DNA of 64,000 bases from Balanoglossus misakiensis (lineage: Eukaryota; Animalia; Hemichordata). The notes below the pieces were generated by a model. The model saw only the letters and a list, made by a program, of their open reading frames with translations. It was not told where the DNA came from and did not search any database. The stretch covers positions 2,307,908-2,371,907 of the forward strand of contig CM082579.2 in NCBI GenBank assembly GCA_040954595.2, given 5' to 3'. Shown piece by piece: positions 27,101 through 41,400 of this stretch; within the stretch, counting starts at the first letter, position 1; every line of letters begins with the position of its first letter. Both the position numbers and the translations under genes were made by a program.

Positions 27101-28337
27101 TCCAAGGCAGCGTGACAGCCAAGACAAGTCTGCGTCGGCCCATAATTTCCCCAGGGAGGAATCATCGGCAGAGTAACCGCTGCGTGTCACATGTGTGTCG
27201 CAAGTCGACTACCTCCAGGCGATCGTCTGACTTTTCGACTGTTTCTTCTTTTTACTCGGCCTTATAATCTATCGGGATTTAGCCTGAAGTGACGTCCCAC
27301 GTATTTTGCGTCCAGGTAGCTGGTGCGGCCTACCTTACTGGAGGCACGCGCACAAAAACTGCCTCGCCAGAGATATCCGAATGCCCCAACACCAAGACTG
27401 GTTCTTGTATGTGTAAGATGGGAAGAGATCGCGACGAAAGAACATCACTGTTGTTAACACTTCATCGGAGAATTCTTCCTACATGCACAGCGCTGAATTC
27501 ATTGAGCTAAATGTGACCAGTGCTTAATTTAACTGCCGTCCTGTTAATAAAAATATGTTCATTTTAGAGCTTTTGCTTATTGCAGTCGTGGAATGCTGAA
27601 ATTACAATAGTCTTTCGCAAAGCCATTTTGAATTCACGTCTCGCGACAACTTCCCATAGCAAACAAGGGAACGCTTTCATTTGTAAGATAAATTAATTAA
27701 AGTCGTGAATTTCCCTCGTGTATAGGAAATTCAAAATGCTATTTCAATATTCACATTACACAGGGATAGTTTCAGGCGTTCTTTGAAAATACCACACGCA
27801 TACGAAAATATGCCATCTGATCTGTTGCGGAGTCTGTCTCCTAATTTCCGGTGTAAACCATTGCCGCAGCTGCTTGGATTTTTAGAAAAAATAGTCACGT
27901 AATTAAAATGAAAATTGCTCTCCATTTGTCTCAATATTTGAAATGATAAAGTATGTCTATTCTGAGTTTATATCCTGAATTCTTCCCTGAGAAGTAAAGA
28001 GAGATAGATCATGTAGGCCTACCAAGGTACTAGTACAGCAAACATGAGTGCATTCACATCGTTGGAAGAGGCCATATAACAGGATATTGAATTGAGTCAT
28101 GGGTAAAAAGTCGTCCACTCATCATTGTAAAATGGACCGATGATGTTTCAGATGTATTCCACATGATATTTAAAGCTAGTAAAACTCATCAGTCTTTGCA
28201 ATTAATTTCCAGAACTTATATAACTTTTGAATTTGTTATACATGTTTGTTCTGATCTGACATTTACGTATAATTACCCGCCTAATTTATTTTGTCTGCTC
28301 CGCTTTCCCCAGTAATCGATCTCGCACTAATTTCAAA

Positions 28338-28442
28338 TTAGCTTCTGAACTCCCAGAAATCCGCCATCTTGAAATTCTGTCGACCACGTGAGATTTTTTA
28401 TCACTTACCTAGGTAGCAAAACCCATTTAAGGTAGTGAGAAT
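28338..28442. mobile_element. Dispersed repeat fragment, copy 2
   Basis: Same orientation and core as 19680-19800. Confidence 0.7.
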
Positions 28443-31400
28443 ACTCCAGTACTGCATTTCACAGGAATTTCCTGGCTCTCACATGACTGTTGACCCAGAC
28501 AGAGCCGGTCAATGCAACATTATGTTGAAGCCTTAGTCTAGCCTTAATGGTCCTGGCGAGACCTTATCAGCGGACCAAACTAAGCATCAGTACAAAGTGG
28601 ACAATAAATATTTATGCGAACCCCATAAAAACGACGTTAAAAATTAATTTGCGGAGGCTCCGTTTTCTTATAGAAAAAAGACACTCAAAGTGAGCTCCCA
28701 ACGCACAATTTGTTTAAAGGTACATGCATGCATGTCTTCTCAAAACCGCCATCACGCAGACGACATCACACCGTTCATGTAGAATCACGATTCATCTGCT
28801 ATATACATTATAAATTGCACTGGTGCGTGACCACGTGTAATTTTGTCCTCTCATGGTATTATCTACTGATAAACGATAAGCGTTTATATAATACTGCTTT
28901 GTAACCGAGTGATTTGCAAACCAGCCTTTCTGCTTTCAGCTTATTCATGTACCCGCATTTCTTGTATGTTTTCAGCATTTTAATGGCATTCCAATCTCCT
29001 TGTTTCATTTGTTCAGGAAAGGTAATGAATAACACGATGTGAATGTCAACACGAGCCCGTTAACTTTGCAGTACCAAGTCACCAACCAGGTAAGAGCTGT
29101 CACAGAATAAAACAATTCTTTAAGTTTTCGTACGCAATGCACAATACATATGCAAATGAGGGCGCGGAGTATACAGCCGACGTGTTCTAGCGCGCTCTTA
29201 CACAATTTAAAAAAAATGTCCGCTTTGATTTCATGGCCGACGGCACTTTTCTACCCCAAATACACCATAACATGACGTAAAACGAGCATGTATAGAAGAG
29301 GTATGTAATTAAGGATTTTTTACACAAAAATATGGTCACATATGGACTGGGCTGCGCACGTGACTATCATATTCGCCCACGGCCTTTTGATGTTGTTTTT
29401 CATTGTGTGTCGGTTTTCCCGCGGACCTGGTTAATGTTTGCCGCGGCCAGCCTCCTCAGCTGCGTTCAATTCAGGTTAAGCTATTCAACAAAAGGAAGTT
29501 CCTCGGATGATAAAATCGAACCGGCGAGCGTAGTAGCGCGGAGCCCGCCGATAAGTGTACGCCACAATGAACAAATGTCAGTCGTTCCCCCTCTCGTTCT
29601 ATTGACACACTGCAGTTCACAATATCTCACGGTTCAGTAACCCCAGGCACATCGGAAATTGCACTCTTCAGTGATCCTGACCAAAGCTGTATTTCCTGGA
29701 CAGAACAAGGTATTCTGTTCCCGGTAATTGTCACCCCGATCAGATTGAACTCTGTGGTAACTGTGTACACCACACGGACATAGCGAATGCAAAGTGCGAA
29801 ATGGGAAAAAATTAATAATAATATTCGAAAGGGGTTTTGCGGCACAAATAATGGGTGGCCAGAGTTCTCTCGCCGTGGAAGTATGGAGCCCTGAAGAGAG
29901 ACATTGGTAAGACTACGGTCGCATAGCAATAGAGTTTTGCCTCTGACTCGTGAGTGTCATGCCCACCAACCAGTTGGTGCATCAAGTGGTGTGTGATTAT
30001 TGTACTCATCACTTTCCCTCGTCCTTGATGCTATGGTAATTAAGCAAAGTGGTAAAAATATTCGGTGTTATAGCTTTAAGAGAGAATTTGTGTGTGCGAT
30101 ATAACTTGCTTTTGAAACGATCACTGACAGTCTATGTTGTGCGACGACGTATGTCTCAGATCAGTTTTATTCGGCCTCGAGTCACTGTGGAGTGGCTAAT
30201 TAGGCCTTTTGTCCAACGCACCATAAAGCAAGCTCTCCTTGATGTACAGTGAAATTATGCAACTGGGTCGCTGTCAGCATGAACACCGAGAGGCCACGAC
30301 CCCAGCTTCAACTGTTGATAATGATTCGCACTCTGTCGGTATTGCAACAGTTAAACCTATCAAAAACCTGATTTTTTGAGTAAACTGATGAAATCCTGCA
30401 CGCCTTCAAGAGCACTCTACCTCCGTCTTTGCTCTTTCAGAATGCATTAAGAAACACAGCAGCATAATATAAACACCGACGTGTACAAACTAAAACGGGG
30501 GTTTCTAAGTCAGTAATAATACCGATACACAACTTTGCCATCAGTGTAATTACCAACGTGTGAGATTAGGCTAGACTGACGTCGTTTAATCGATTTTCCC
30601 TTTTTGATAACATATTCCATAATCGCGCGACTTCTCTTTTCAAGGGAAAATGTCCCTTTGAAAAAGCCAATTAAAGAATATTGATTTACAAAAATAGATG
30701 TATGATGCATTGCTTTATGGGGAGGTCGCTGGATTACCGCTAAAACCGCTGACCCTTAAAGCTATGTATTCTTACTTTGAATACAGACGCATATTTTAGG
30801 GCGATCATGACATTAAAATCGAAGGCAATTCAAAAATGCCACAATTCTCTACTGTGTTGGTGCTAATGTAACGCGGATAATTAAAGGGGCGAATTTCCAT
30901 CAACTTAAAGGCCCATGAGCTGAGACTTTTAAGTATCATTTTCATGAGTTTATTTTCTTTAGACCGACGTCTTGAGTTGGTTTAAAAATAACTGACAACG
31001 CCATGGATTGCCTGTCGGTCCTGTTCCAGAAACTAATGGTCACTGTAAATTATTAAATGCGATTGACTATACCAATCAATTATATTGTGTTTTTGTAGGG
31101 GGATTAGGAGAGATATCGCTGACATGCAGTCGATTCGTGGTTGATGATCTGTAAAATTGTACCTCAGACAAATTGATTGATATCAAAAGTGACCGAGGCC
31201 GACCGTTTTCAACGATCGATGAGTTGGTGGGGATCGTTAAGACCAGATCGAGGCCAACTTTGGTGAAAACGAGGCTGTCGATAGTCAGCCTGAGTCTGCG
31301 TAGTCCGTGAAAACCAAAATATGTGTTTATACGAAAAGCAGAATGCCGAGGTCTCAGCATTGATTTGAAAAGGCAGTTTATTATTAAATAGTACTAAAGC

Positions 31401-32074
31401 TTGCCCTTAATCTTACATCAGCTGTTGTGTCTAACCTACGTAGTGTTAAAAAGGGGAATGAAAATTGAAAGAAAGAAAAAAGTTCACAGATCTTACTTAT
31501 GGAAGCCTCGTTCACAAACGAATTGATCTGAAAAAAGTTCTTAGCAAATATTTTAGTATCCAATGAAGTTATCTCGGTTTTGCATCATCACGTGGTCACG
31601 TGTGACCAATGAAAAAGTAGTCTTCGGCTCGTAAACTGACATAATGTTTAATTTGCTAGCCAATCACGTAATGCATTGCAAATGTTCTTCAGGTGGATTA
31701 CACAAAACCCTGGCTGTAAAAGTTCGTGGCTTGTCACAGGGAAGTTGATACTACAAAGCGAGTCTTCGTCTTTCTGTAATCGCTACTTCTACGGATTATG
31801 GAAAGCTCTAGTCTCCAATTGTTAACAGCTAGCAACGAATCATAAAACGGAGAGTTTGTTTTTGTGTCTTCATTCAGCAGCATAGAAAATGTACTTCACC
31901 ATATGCAAGCAGAGAATATGGACGATGCCGTTGGCCAGATCACACGAAGTTGAAGTTTATGAAAGGTTAATTGCGACCCTGTCCGAACACGTGTCTCATC
32001 TTCTCAAACTTATAGATTCCTGAGTTCAAATCTAAAATTAAACGCGAACAAAATGTCCGAGTGGTGCGAACCAT

Positions 32075-32431
32075 TTACTTGGCCTTCATCAGGTACAGGA
32101 CCCAGTAGATAACATTGAATATTGTGAAAGTCAGTGGAAATATTACTCTTGAGTATCTGTCAATCAAATTGACGTCATGAACTCGGGGAATCTTCACTTT
32201 AATACTAGATGCTTTCCTGCGCACAGAGTAGACGAATCCCCGCCTGCGTCTAAGCTCCGGTGCCGAACCCCTCCGCGCATCGAAACTGAGGCGTCGACGA
32301 GGCTTGGTTGTCCTATTGCTATTAAATGTCCGCATGTCAGAAGTGTCCACATATCTTTCCTCGACCGCATGTTCAGGCGAGGACCTCTCCTCGTCCAGCT
32401 GAGATAACCGCAGCGCCACCGAATGGTTGCT
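32075..32431 (-). CDS. GABRB: GABA-A beta-like coding exon 9: intracellular loop, M4 and stop
   Basis: Acceptor TTTCGTTTCAG. Encodes [11 protein letters not shown]...[48 protein letters not shown]. Confidence 0.93.
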   Translation of the reverse strand, partial: SNHSVALRLSQLDEERSSPEHAVEERYVDTSDMRTFNSNRTTKPRRRLSFDARRGSAPELRRRRGFVYSVRRKASSIKVKIPRVHDVNLIDRYSRVIFPLTFTIFNVIYWVLYLMKAK

Positions 32432-35400
32432 CTGAAACGAAAAATAAAAAGAAATCATTCTGGAGGAGAACTACATTGTCGGTAACCTTCCGCCAACAAA
32501 TTAGAACCTATGAATAATCACTGCACAGGAAAAGTTTGGTGAAATTCTATCAGCGCGGTCTTGGTTGTATGAATCAGTTTGATATGTAGGCCTAATTGAA
32601 CTGAATCTCAGTATAACCAATATATGTCTGGCCATATCGTAGCAATTGTATAATTAAAGGGGCAAGTATTGTATCAGCGCTGGGCGTTTCTGTAAGTGGT
32701 GTTTATTAGGGAAGACCTTTATAGACCAAAGACGACGTGCGTTAATTTGAGAAATTTGCTGTTTGTACCCACCACAATCGGTTTGACTTCTTACGTGAGC
32801 AAGATCACGAGATCACGAGCAACCCTATAGCATATGACCGGGTGTAATTTGTGTGTGTGTTAGAGGGGAAGGGGTAGTGGAGATTCGGACACGTCACCAT
32901 GTGTGTAGATTCACTGCAAGTGGCGGTCATCTTTGTGGATTTGACTAATTTGCCACGTTCAGTGATGACTCAAGTCGGCGGCGAAGGAAAACATCAGAGT
33001 TCCAATACCCATCATTGTCCTGCAATGCGTGATTGGCATAGCGCCAAATGAACCCCCAAAATTAATATTCAAGCGAATGAGGTTCGCACAAAGCCTCTTT
33101 CTACCTGGTAGTAATAATTCTTGTAAATGAAATTTTAGATTGCATTTCGGTACCCTGAAAAGACAAAACCCCGATTACGAATCTCTACGATCACAATGCC
33201 TTAATCAAAACATTCCATGTGTTGTATGAAATAAAATGAAAGCAAGGGAAACATTGATCATATGTGCAACATTTAACACCCGTTCGTCTTCGCGTTTGAC
33301 GTAGATAAGTTTTATCTGCCTCGCTGTGTGGTTACAGACAATTGAAGATAGAAATTGTTGCGTCGCTGAGACGAGGAACATCGCTACAGTCATGATTTCT
33401 AAAATCGCCTTTCACATTTTCAAAGAGTTAACATTGTGCTCTAAAAACGTTTCTAGAAAAATCGATGAATCGGAAGGATTACATACATTTCTTACCTGCT
33501 CGTATATTGAATTTGGAATCCTAGGCGAACACGGTATTTTCCTCTTCTTTTCCCTCGATCTCTTTTTCTGACTCTGCCAGTAATAGAAATTCACGGCCGC
33601 GTATTCGAGCAAAGCAGCGAAGACGAAAGCAAAACAGGTCACTAAGTAAATATCGATGGATTTGATGTAGGAGATCCTTGGTAGTGATGCGCGGACGCTC
33701 GTACTTATCGTTGTCATGGTGAGCACGGTTGTGATACCTGCGATACAAAAGCCAAATAAAAGATTTATAAAGTCACCTATTATATTAAAGATGATATTTA
33801 TAATATTTAAATGACAAATTGGATACATTTTACGCCAGCGCCAAGTCCACGCGGCGTCTAAACTGACCATGTTTCGCCGAAAAAAAAGCTCCGCACCAGT
33901 AAGGCGATCAAACGCTAGGCAAAACAATAACAACAGCAGCAGCAACAACAACTACAACAAAAACGGACAGTCGTCCTTATAACTATCTCCATACAAAAAC
34001 ATTTCTCATTGGCGGGAGAGACGGATTAGGAGAGCTAAACACGGAGAACACACCGGACATTCTAGGAAAGCACACAGAATCAGCGTGCAGCCAGCCTGAT
34101 ATAGAAAAAAGTAAAACACCCACGATTACACTTAATCATGGTAACCGTGCCGCGTAGATAGTCCTCTTTCCTGCTAAGGCGAGGTTTCTTTAACCGAATA
34201 AAAGTCGCCACCTTAATGGCGATTCAGGAATTCTATACATGTTTTTCTTATTAAACGGATTTAACGTAATTTTGCATACGCCGGCAGAAGATCTCTTGTG
34301 GCATATTAATGAACTTAAACTCCATCAACGTGTCATGTCCAATAAGATGCGCGCCGTCCTTAGAATTCAATTCGATTACTTAACACAATTTGGAAAGCGG
34401 ATTAAGGGTTAGAAATGTATAAAATGTCAAACAAGAAAGGCGCTGGAGTGTGTTTTGAACGCGGGAGTAGCGTAAAGAAGGCGGCTGCCACGCTGACAAA
34501 ACATAATGGAAAACGAGAACATGATCTTACCGATAGTTGTTCGAGCTGTCTCGACTTGCTTATTGGCCGCCACTAGAATTGAGGAACAAAATTTTTGCTT
34601 TAACTTTACTGTGAACAATTTATATGTATACGCTGCTCGTTAAGCATTCATTGGTTTTGCCATTTCAGATTTTTTTTTATATATAGATAAATTTAGTCGA
34701 TGGAGAGATGTGCAATGATGGCAGAAACCCACTTAAGTTCTGCACAGGCAAAGAGGACTAACTAGACAATCACGGGGCACTATAATGGCAGAGCGAGGGG
34801 GAAAAAATCAGCTAGCAGTTTGGTATCAGTGTGTCAAAACGAGATTATGACCTGCGGGCCCGAGGTCCAATAAATGTCGTGACCTGGGCAATTAAACAGG
34901 ATCGGATGTGAGGAGACTCCACAAGGCCAGACCTTGATTTGTCTTAAAATAAGAGACAATTCGATTGATTGATTTGGGCCGCTTCGGTGAGCGTAGCGGA
35001 AGAAAACCGCTGACCTTTATTGACCTTTTTGACAGGAAACAATAACCTCGTTTTCACACACATATACGTGCAAACACATAATGGCATCATGACATTGAAC
35101 GAGTCTCGCAGACAATACACGTGATTTGTGACGTTCTCGGCATTTAGCATATCCTAATTCCCATCAAGTTTGTCGAGTTCAAAATCCATTGAATCTATAC
35201 AACGAAGAATGGACGATTTGCGCAGGCATTTGCCTAATTGCATGTTTCGATGTCCTTCGGCCCTAGAGGTAAATAATTTCCCTCTTGTGTCATTTACTTT
35301 CTAAATTGATATTGGTATCGCCCATTGAAATTGCCAACCCAAGGTTTTTTTCCCAGCCGCTTATGACTGTCGACAGGAAATGCCCTTACACCGCCGGAAA

Positions 35401-38400
35401 AAAATAATTTCGCAACCAATTTATATTTCCCCCTCAAAACCGTTTAGAGAGGCATAAACCTCACATTATTGAAATAAAAGACGGTACATCAAAGCGAAAA
35501 CAGATTATTACTTCACTGTTATTCTATTAAGAAGGAGATTGTTTTACCAGGGATGTGATCAATAAAACTATAAAGTCTAGAACAAAAAACTAACTGAAAC
35601 CACCGCTGACATTAATTACACAGCTTACTTAATTAGACACACTGTTTTCGTGCCTACAGAAATTGATTAAAGATATCCAAGCAGGTATTTGCATATCAAT
35701 AAAGCCGATTATCGCAGCTTTTCCCGGTGTGCTGATTTAGTTTATGGCATATTTCAGTGTTAGGGACAACTGAAGCGTGCGATATGATATGAGCAGACCA
35801 TCATTATTTATGATTATCGTCAATGTTCATTTCATCGCACCAGAGAAATAAAAACAGTCTTTTCTTTTGAATGTCGGTCAATTACTTTCCAAAGCTCTGT
35901 GCGCTGACATTGATTAAAACTCACTTCAGATATAATGCTTGTGACGATATCACGATTTCAGATGAAATTTCAGCCACACATTATCAGACACAAAGTAATG
36001 AACTGCTGTTAGAGAGTTTTTTAATTAACAATCATTCGGCCATTCACTACTTATGGGGTTTCCCACGAAGATGGCTGAAAAGCACCTTGAGGGACTTGAA
36101 TTGCATTGTGAGTTTTAACAGTTGAGTAAGTATATTGATGTCAAAATGGATGCTCATAATGGGTTGGCTTTGCCGAAGACTGATTAACCTTGCCGTCAGA
36201 CACAGACCCATATACCTTCTGATCACACATGAACCTAAACATTGACAAGTTTTATCTGAAATTGCATCAGCAACCTGGAGGAGATAGCCATCGCATCCAC
36301 CGAGATCGGATACAGTAAAAAACCCGGAGACTTGATTATGAGGCATGTATTTATTACCATGCTAACCAATCAGCCAATTTGGGTTTCAGTCGGTGGGCCT
36401 TTGAAGGTGTAATTGCAAGGGATTTGATGGAGTCTCTAATCGCACCAAAAGGAGAGGATGACCCCACTTGCTCACAGTCCTTGCTGTCAGATGCAGCAAG
36501 AGAACCTGGCAGACATAATGATCAGAGTTAAACAAGCGTGCCACCGAGAGGCAAGATGGCGGCATAGTAGCACACATGCCTCTTTTAGTTAGACCGAGAA
36601 CATAAGACGTTGCTGGCGTGAGCGAATCGACTAGTAAGCTAACAAAGGTCAAGAAGCGACCGAGAAACTCCTTGAAAACAATCTATATTACATGATTTTA
36701 GCATCACGAAGCTGAGGGTAGACTAAGATAAACGCTCTAGATATGAGGTCTGTCATCAACCGTTTACCAGGCAACAGGTGTTTAATCCTAGAATATGCTA
36801 AGGCAAAACAACCCGCATTAAAGAAAATAACAAAGGAACAGAAGTATGCACTCTGCACGCAATGAACACCGCATCGTAATCGCATTCATGCAAGCAATGT
36901 CACCGAATTCCAGTGAGGCCGGACACTGTAATGCCGTTAGATTGTGAAACCCCGCGTTCATATTACAACAACTGATGGCAGGTCCGGATCATTTCTGCCC
37001 CGGTCACTGTTGTCATCAATTACTCGTTTGAACTCTGCCTTCAAACACTCCATCTTATACGTTTGCTCGAATCTGTTCTACGGTCGAATGCGAGTCGAAT
37101 CCGTGTTCGGACAAATGCTGTGAAATGGTCTTTCTGTTATTCGATCCCTTTGTTGTGCTGTCCGTCAGATTTCTGACGCACTTTGTAATCATTTGTTGAA
37201 ATTCAAAAATGGGGTCGAAAATGTTCAGTTTGAAGTAATCGAATGCATTTACAACATGTCACGCATTGGACATCATAGAAGCAGTCAGTGAGGGAACATT
37301 AATGGTCTCGAAGCACAAAGTAGGAGAAAGATCTTTTAAAATCCACTCGACTCGTTGTTTATTCCTTCACATAAAATACTCATGTTTTTTTTTAAAAACG
37401 TACGTGATTATGAAGGTATATCGAGATTTGGTTCGACAGCACTATTTTTCTCATCTGATCAACGGGATCGGAGGGCGTATGGGGGAGGGAGAAAAAAAGA
37501 TGCGAGATACAGTTTTAACGTAAAAAGATACACGTCAGTCATTGGCATTGAAAGGGGGAACAACCAGCTGCCAACCCCATATACGTAAGCGATCAAACAA
37601 GACCCCATCAGTGGATGATTAGAATGCAAGAATTGATGGCACGATGGGGATACAGATAGGAGAAATGACTGACAATCATTTCACAGTTGCATTAAATGGA
37701 CCATATCTCGCATTAAAAGGCTCGGCCTTTATCAGATGTATCTCGCGGTAAATTTATCTTCTCGATAAATGTTAAAATGCAAAAAGAAAGGACTAAAGCT
37801 GCTGCAGTGTGTAAATAAGCAATTTCAACAAGAGAAAAAATGCCAAAAGCCGCACCAGTAACCAGCGCCTTAAAAGTTTGAGATGCAAAATCAACCCGCG
37901 TAAAGCGGTGCTGTCGAGCAAACGTATGATGCTTGCAATCCAAAGTTTTCCCGCCAAACAAACAACTTATCTATCTCAGACACCCTGTAACACATTTTAC
38001 AGTTTGCAAACAAAAGACGTTTAAATCAACAGCCCGACACTCAGTAAGTTTTAATGTGTTTGCTTAGACATCTACACAACTTTGGATAAAACACTATTTG
38101 GTTGGTAAACATTTACTTTATGCGCAGACGACAAGCGGAAAAAACACACATTAGTCTTCCGTCTGGTAAAGTGCAAATGTAGACGTAAACTATCGTTTCT
38201 CGTATCAACTGTGAAACCCCAAGTTCACCGCTAGAAATATGGCATTCGGGCAATTCCCAAGTACCGTCGCTGAGTAGATCTTGAAAAGCCTTGCCAATAA
38301 ACAGAGATGGTGCTGATAAAATGATTAGAAAGTAAGAGTGATATGTTTGGGGTGCACATATCCATTTACACAAATATTGACGAAAAGCGTAATGAAATAC

Positions 38401-41400
38401 CAGAAATACAGAAGGAGACACCCACAGCTTTCTTGCAACCATTAAATGTATGATTAATATCAACACAACTAGAATAATATTCAATATTATCACGAATGGC
38501 CTCTTGCAAAACTGCGTCGTTAAAATTTAATGTTTTATCTAGTGATCCATGAAGAATAGAATGTCGCCAATAAAAACTGTTTATGACTCTGCTTCACATG
38601 CAAATTGGATGATGACAAGACACAGTTGATACTTAAAAATCAACATTGCCATGCAATATGAAATTCATTTCTCCCATTAATTTGTCATTCTAGCAATTAC
38701 TTTTGGTGTGTTGCTTTGATTAGTCCTATTAATACTCCATTTTGTCTCGTATGATGTGTGAAGGAAGGCAGTAAACGGCGGAGAGTATATTACTAGTGTA
38801 CCGGAGCCGCGAATTTATGGTGGAGAATCCGCGTCTGCGCAGACGCATTGTTTACTGCGCGCGGCGGGGGAGAGAGCGATGAGACGGGCAACAACCTTAT
38901 CCAAAATTAATGCGTGTGTAACAAATGATTCGCAGTGGTTGACAATTCTCCAGAATTATCTCCGAAAGGCAGGATTCACATTATCTTAGAAAGAAGGTCA
39001 TTTGTATGTTGCTGGATTTTTGGATCGAGGAGAGATTAAAGACCGTCCAGAATGACAAATGTCTCAGAGGACACTGCGAATGACGCAATTGTGTCTACAA
39101 GAGAGGGCCCTGGACGTAATCTAATGAGCCGTATTCGAACAGACGGCCAAGCAGCCTCGAATGTTAGTATACGTATTTTTAAAAAAGCACGTTCCAACGT
39201 ATAATCTTTGGGAGTTTGAAAATGCTATTTCATACCTAATAATTATCAATATTTCGTGCGTTTGGCCGTGTAGGCATAATTTCCAGGCAGTTAGAGAATA
39301 CCACATCCATCCATTGAAATGGTCGAGCAATACAACCAAGGGGCAATCAGATGCTTCGAACGAGACTGTGAATAATTCAGCATCTGATATTTCACCTTGA
39401 ACGGTAATATTTTAAAGTCTTTATCGTTGAAAACATGTATAAATGATATTTTCGACTGTTTCAAACTCAGTGTTCATAGCCATACCTCTTATATAATCAT
39501 AGGGGACCTGTCCCGTGGCATTTTAGGTATTTTGTTCTCTGAAAAAAAAATACTGCGGAAACATGGCGGTAAAACAAGCGAGAACAATACCCTTCTTATT
39601 GCCATATTATTGCCCGAGCAAATAAATTGTATTGTGATTGGTCGGGTAAACGCGCAGTTAAAGATCAATTATCATTTCCTGTGTTTTTTCGCAACAACTG
39701 TACAAACAAGGGCAGTATAGAACGTGTTTGTGTGAGCGTTTGATGCATTCAGAGCGTGTGTATTCAGAATGTAGCTAAACTTGAGGCAATTACGGCTAAC
39801 CGACCTAAAGTAAATAGCGCGCGAAGCTTGATGCCATCTAAACGGGGTGCCGAACCGAGCAAATAAAATGGGAAATCATTTTGCGTTTTTTAATGGAAGA
39901 AAGCTGATGGCAGAGTTTGGCAAGGGCGGGTGGTTGTGTTAGAGCGCATTCTCAACCGAGACAACGGATCACTCTGATGCGTACACTCCACCTTTTGAAA
40001 GAATAGCTTATCTCGCATTATCAGACTAACATCACGCTGTCACGTCACTCTCGCCAATAAACGACTGTGATTTCTCTTGCTGTAACTTCTCCTCTCGTGG
40101 CTTCAAAACCTTTCAACCGAACGATTTCGCAACACATTTGGCCTTTAAAACGTTCAATCCCTGGTAAAATGCGCGCTCATACAACTGCACATTTCTTCCC
40201 GGGAAAAAAAGAAGTGACATCAACAAAGCGCATCATGCACAGATGCTGTGCAACTGCCGCCCCAAGCAAATCTCTGAGATCGTGTGGCACAGTCTTTAGC
40301 TTAAGTCTGTTTCCTCCATCAAATGCATGTTTTCGTGCCTCCCAGGCACGTTGTTTGTATATGCCTAACCGTCGCCGAATAATTCTTTACAAAATGATCC
40401 CCAACACGTACTGCCTATTGACTTCACGCTCTCCGTTGGCGGGGCAATATTCAATCCCCAAAACGGGCATCACAAAAAGTTTGCCCCCATTGAGCTGATG
40501 TTAAGTGGTCAGTTTTTTCTGAAATATGAAAAAAGTAGAAACTCTCTCTCGCTCCCACTCCCTCGATTATGCGAACCTATAGGGGAACAGGGGTTTTGTT
40601 CGGATTTGCGAACAGTTCGGTTATTCACTCAAATGGGCAGGGTCCGCATTTGACGTGAGTAGGTATACATATGCATGTATACACTTTTATAGGGATAGTA
40701 GGCTATACATAAATTGCGTGTATTGTAGTTTTGAGTTAATGAAATTTGAGAACTTGAAGTGAGCAAAATAAGTGTGAAATTGAAATTCACTTTGATCGAA
40801 TTGAGCAAAAACCCTTAAAGAATTTCTGTGACAATCGGAGAGGTCGGTCCCTGATGTATTCTGTCATTCTCATTATCGCTCGAGTCCCACGATTTTTGAC
40901 CTCCGCCCCACTTGAAAACTATCTGGCAGTTCAACGCGTGTAGAATTTTTTTCTACAGATTCATTTAGCAAGCGTCTGTATGCAAATGACAAGCAATTGG
41001 CATTAGTCTGCTTGCAGCTTGTGTAAATACTCAAAAATGCTAATCAGGGTTTCCCATTAGTCATGCAAAGAATACACAATCGATGCAATACGCACGCAGG
41101 GTCTGCATTAGTAAGTCGATCACTTGTGGGTGAGAAACAAACACTATGCGAAGCCTGGAACTAAACCGGAAGGGCAGTTTATCACAAAACCGGAAATGAA
41201 CCGGAAGTGGCAGATGCAACTCGCAACTCCGGGGGACTTTTCTGTTCTGCCATTAAATCGATCATCGATCGATAGGTTTGTCTCCAAAGACTGAACAAAA
41301 CGTCTCTCATGGTTTTTTACTTCGACAGATTAAATTCCGACTTTTGTTCTGTGTTTTGGCGCCAACACAAAGCTAAGAAAGGGTGCGGGAATCACGATGC

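Noticed and set aside
36549-36570. AGGCAAGATGGCGGCATAG resembles mature miR-31
   Set aside because: No complementary star arm at pre-miRNA distance (only a 5-7 bp stem). The core is also the common YY1 motif CAAGATGGCGG.
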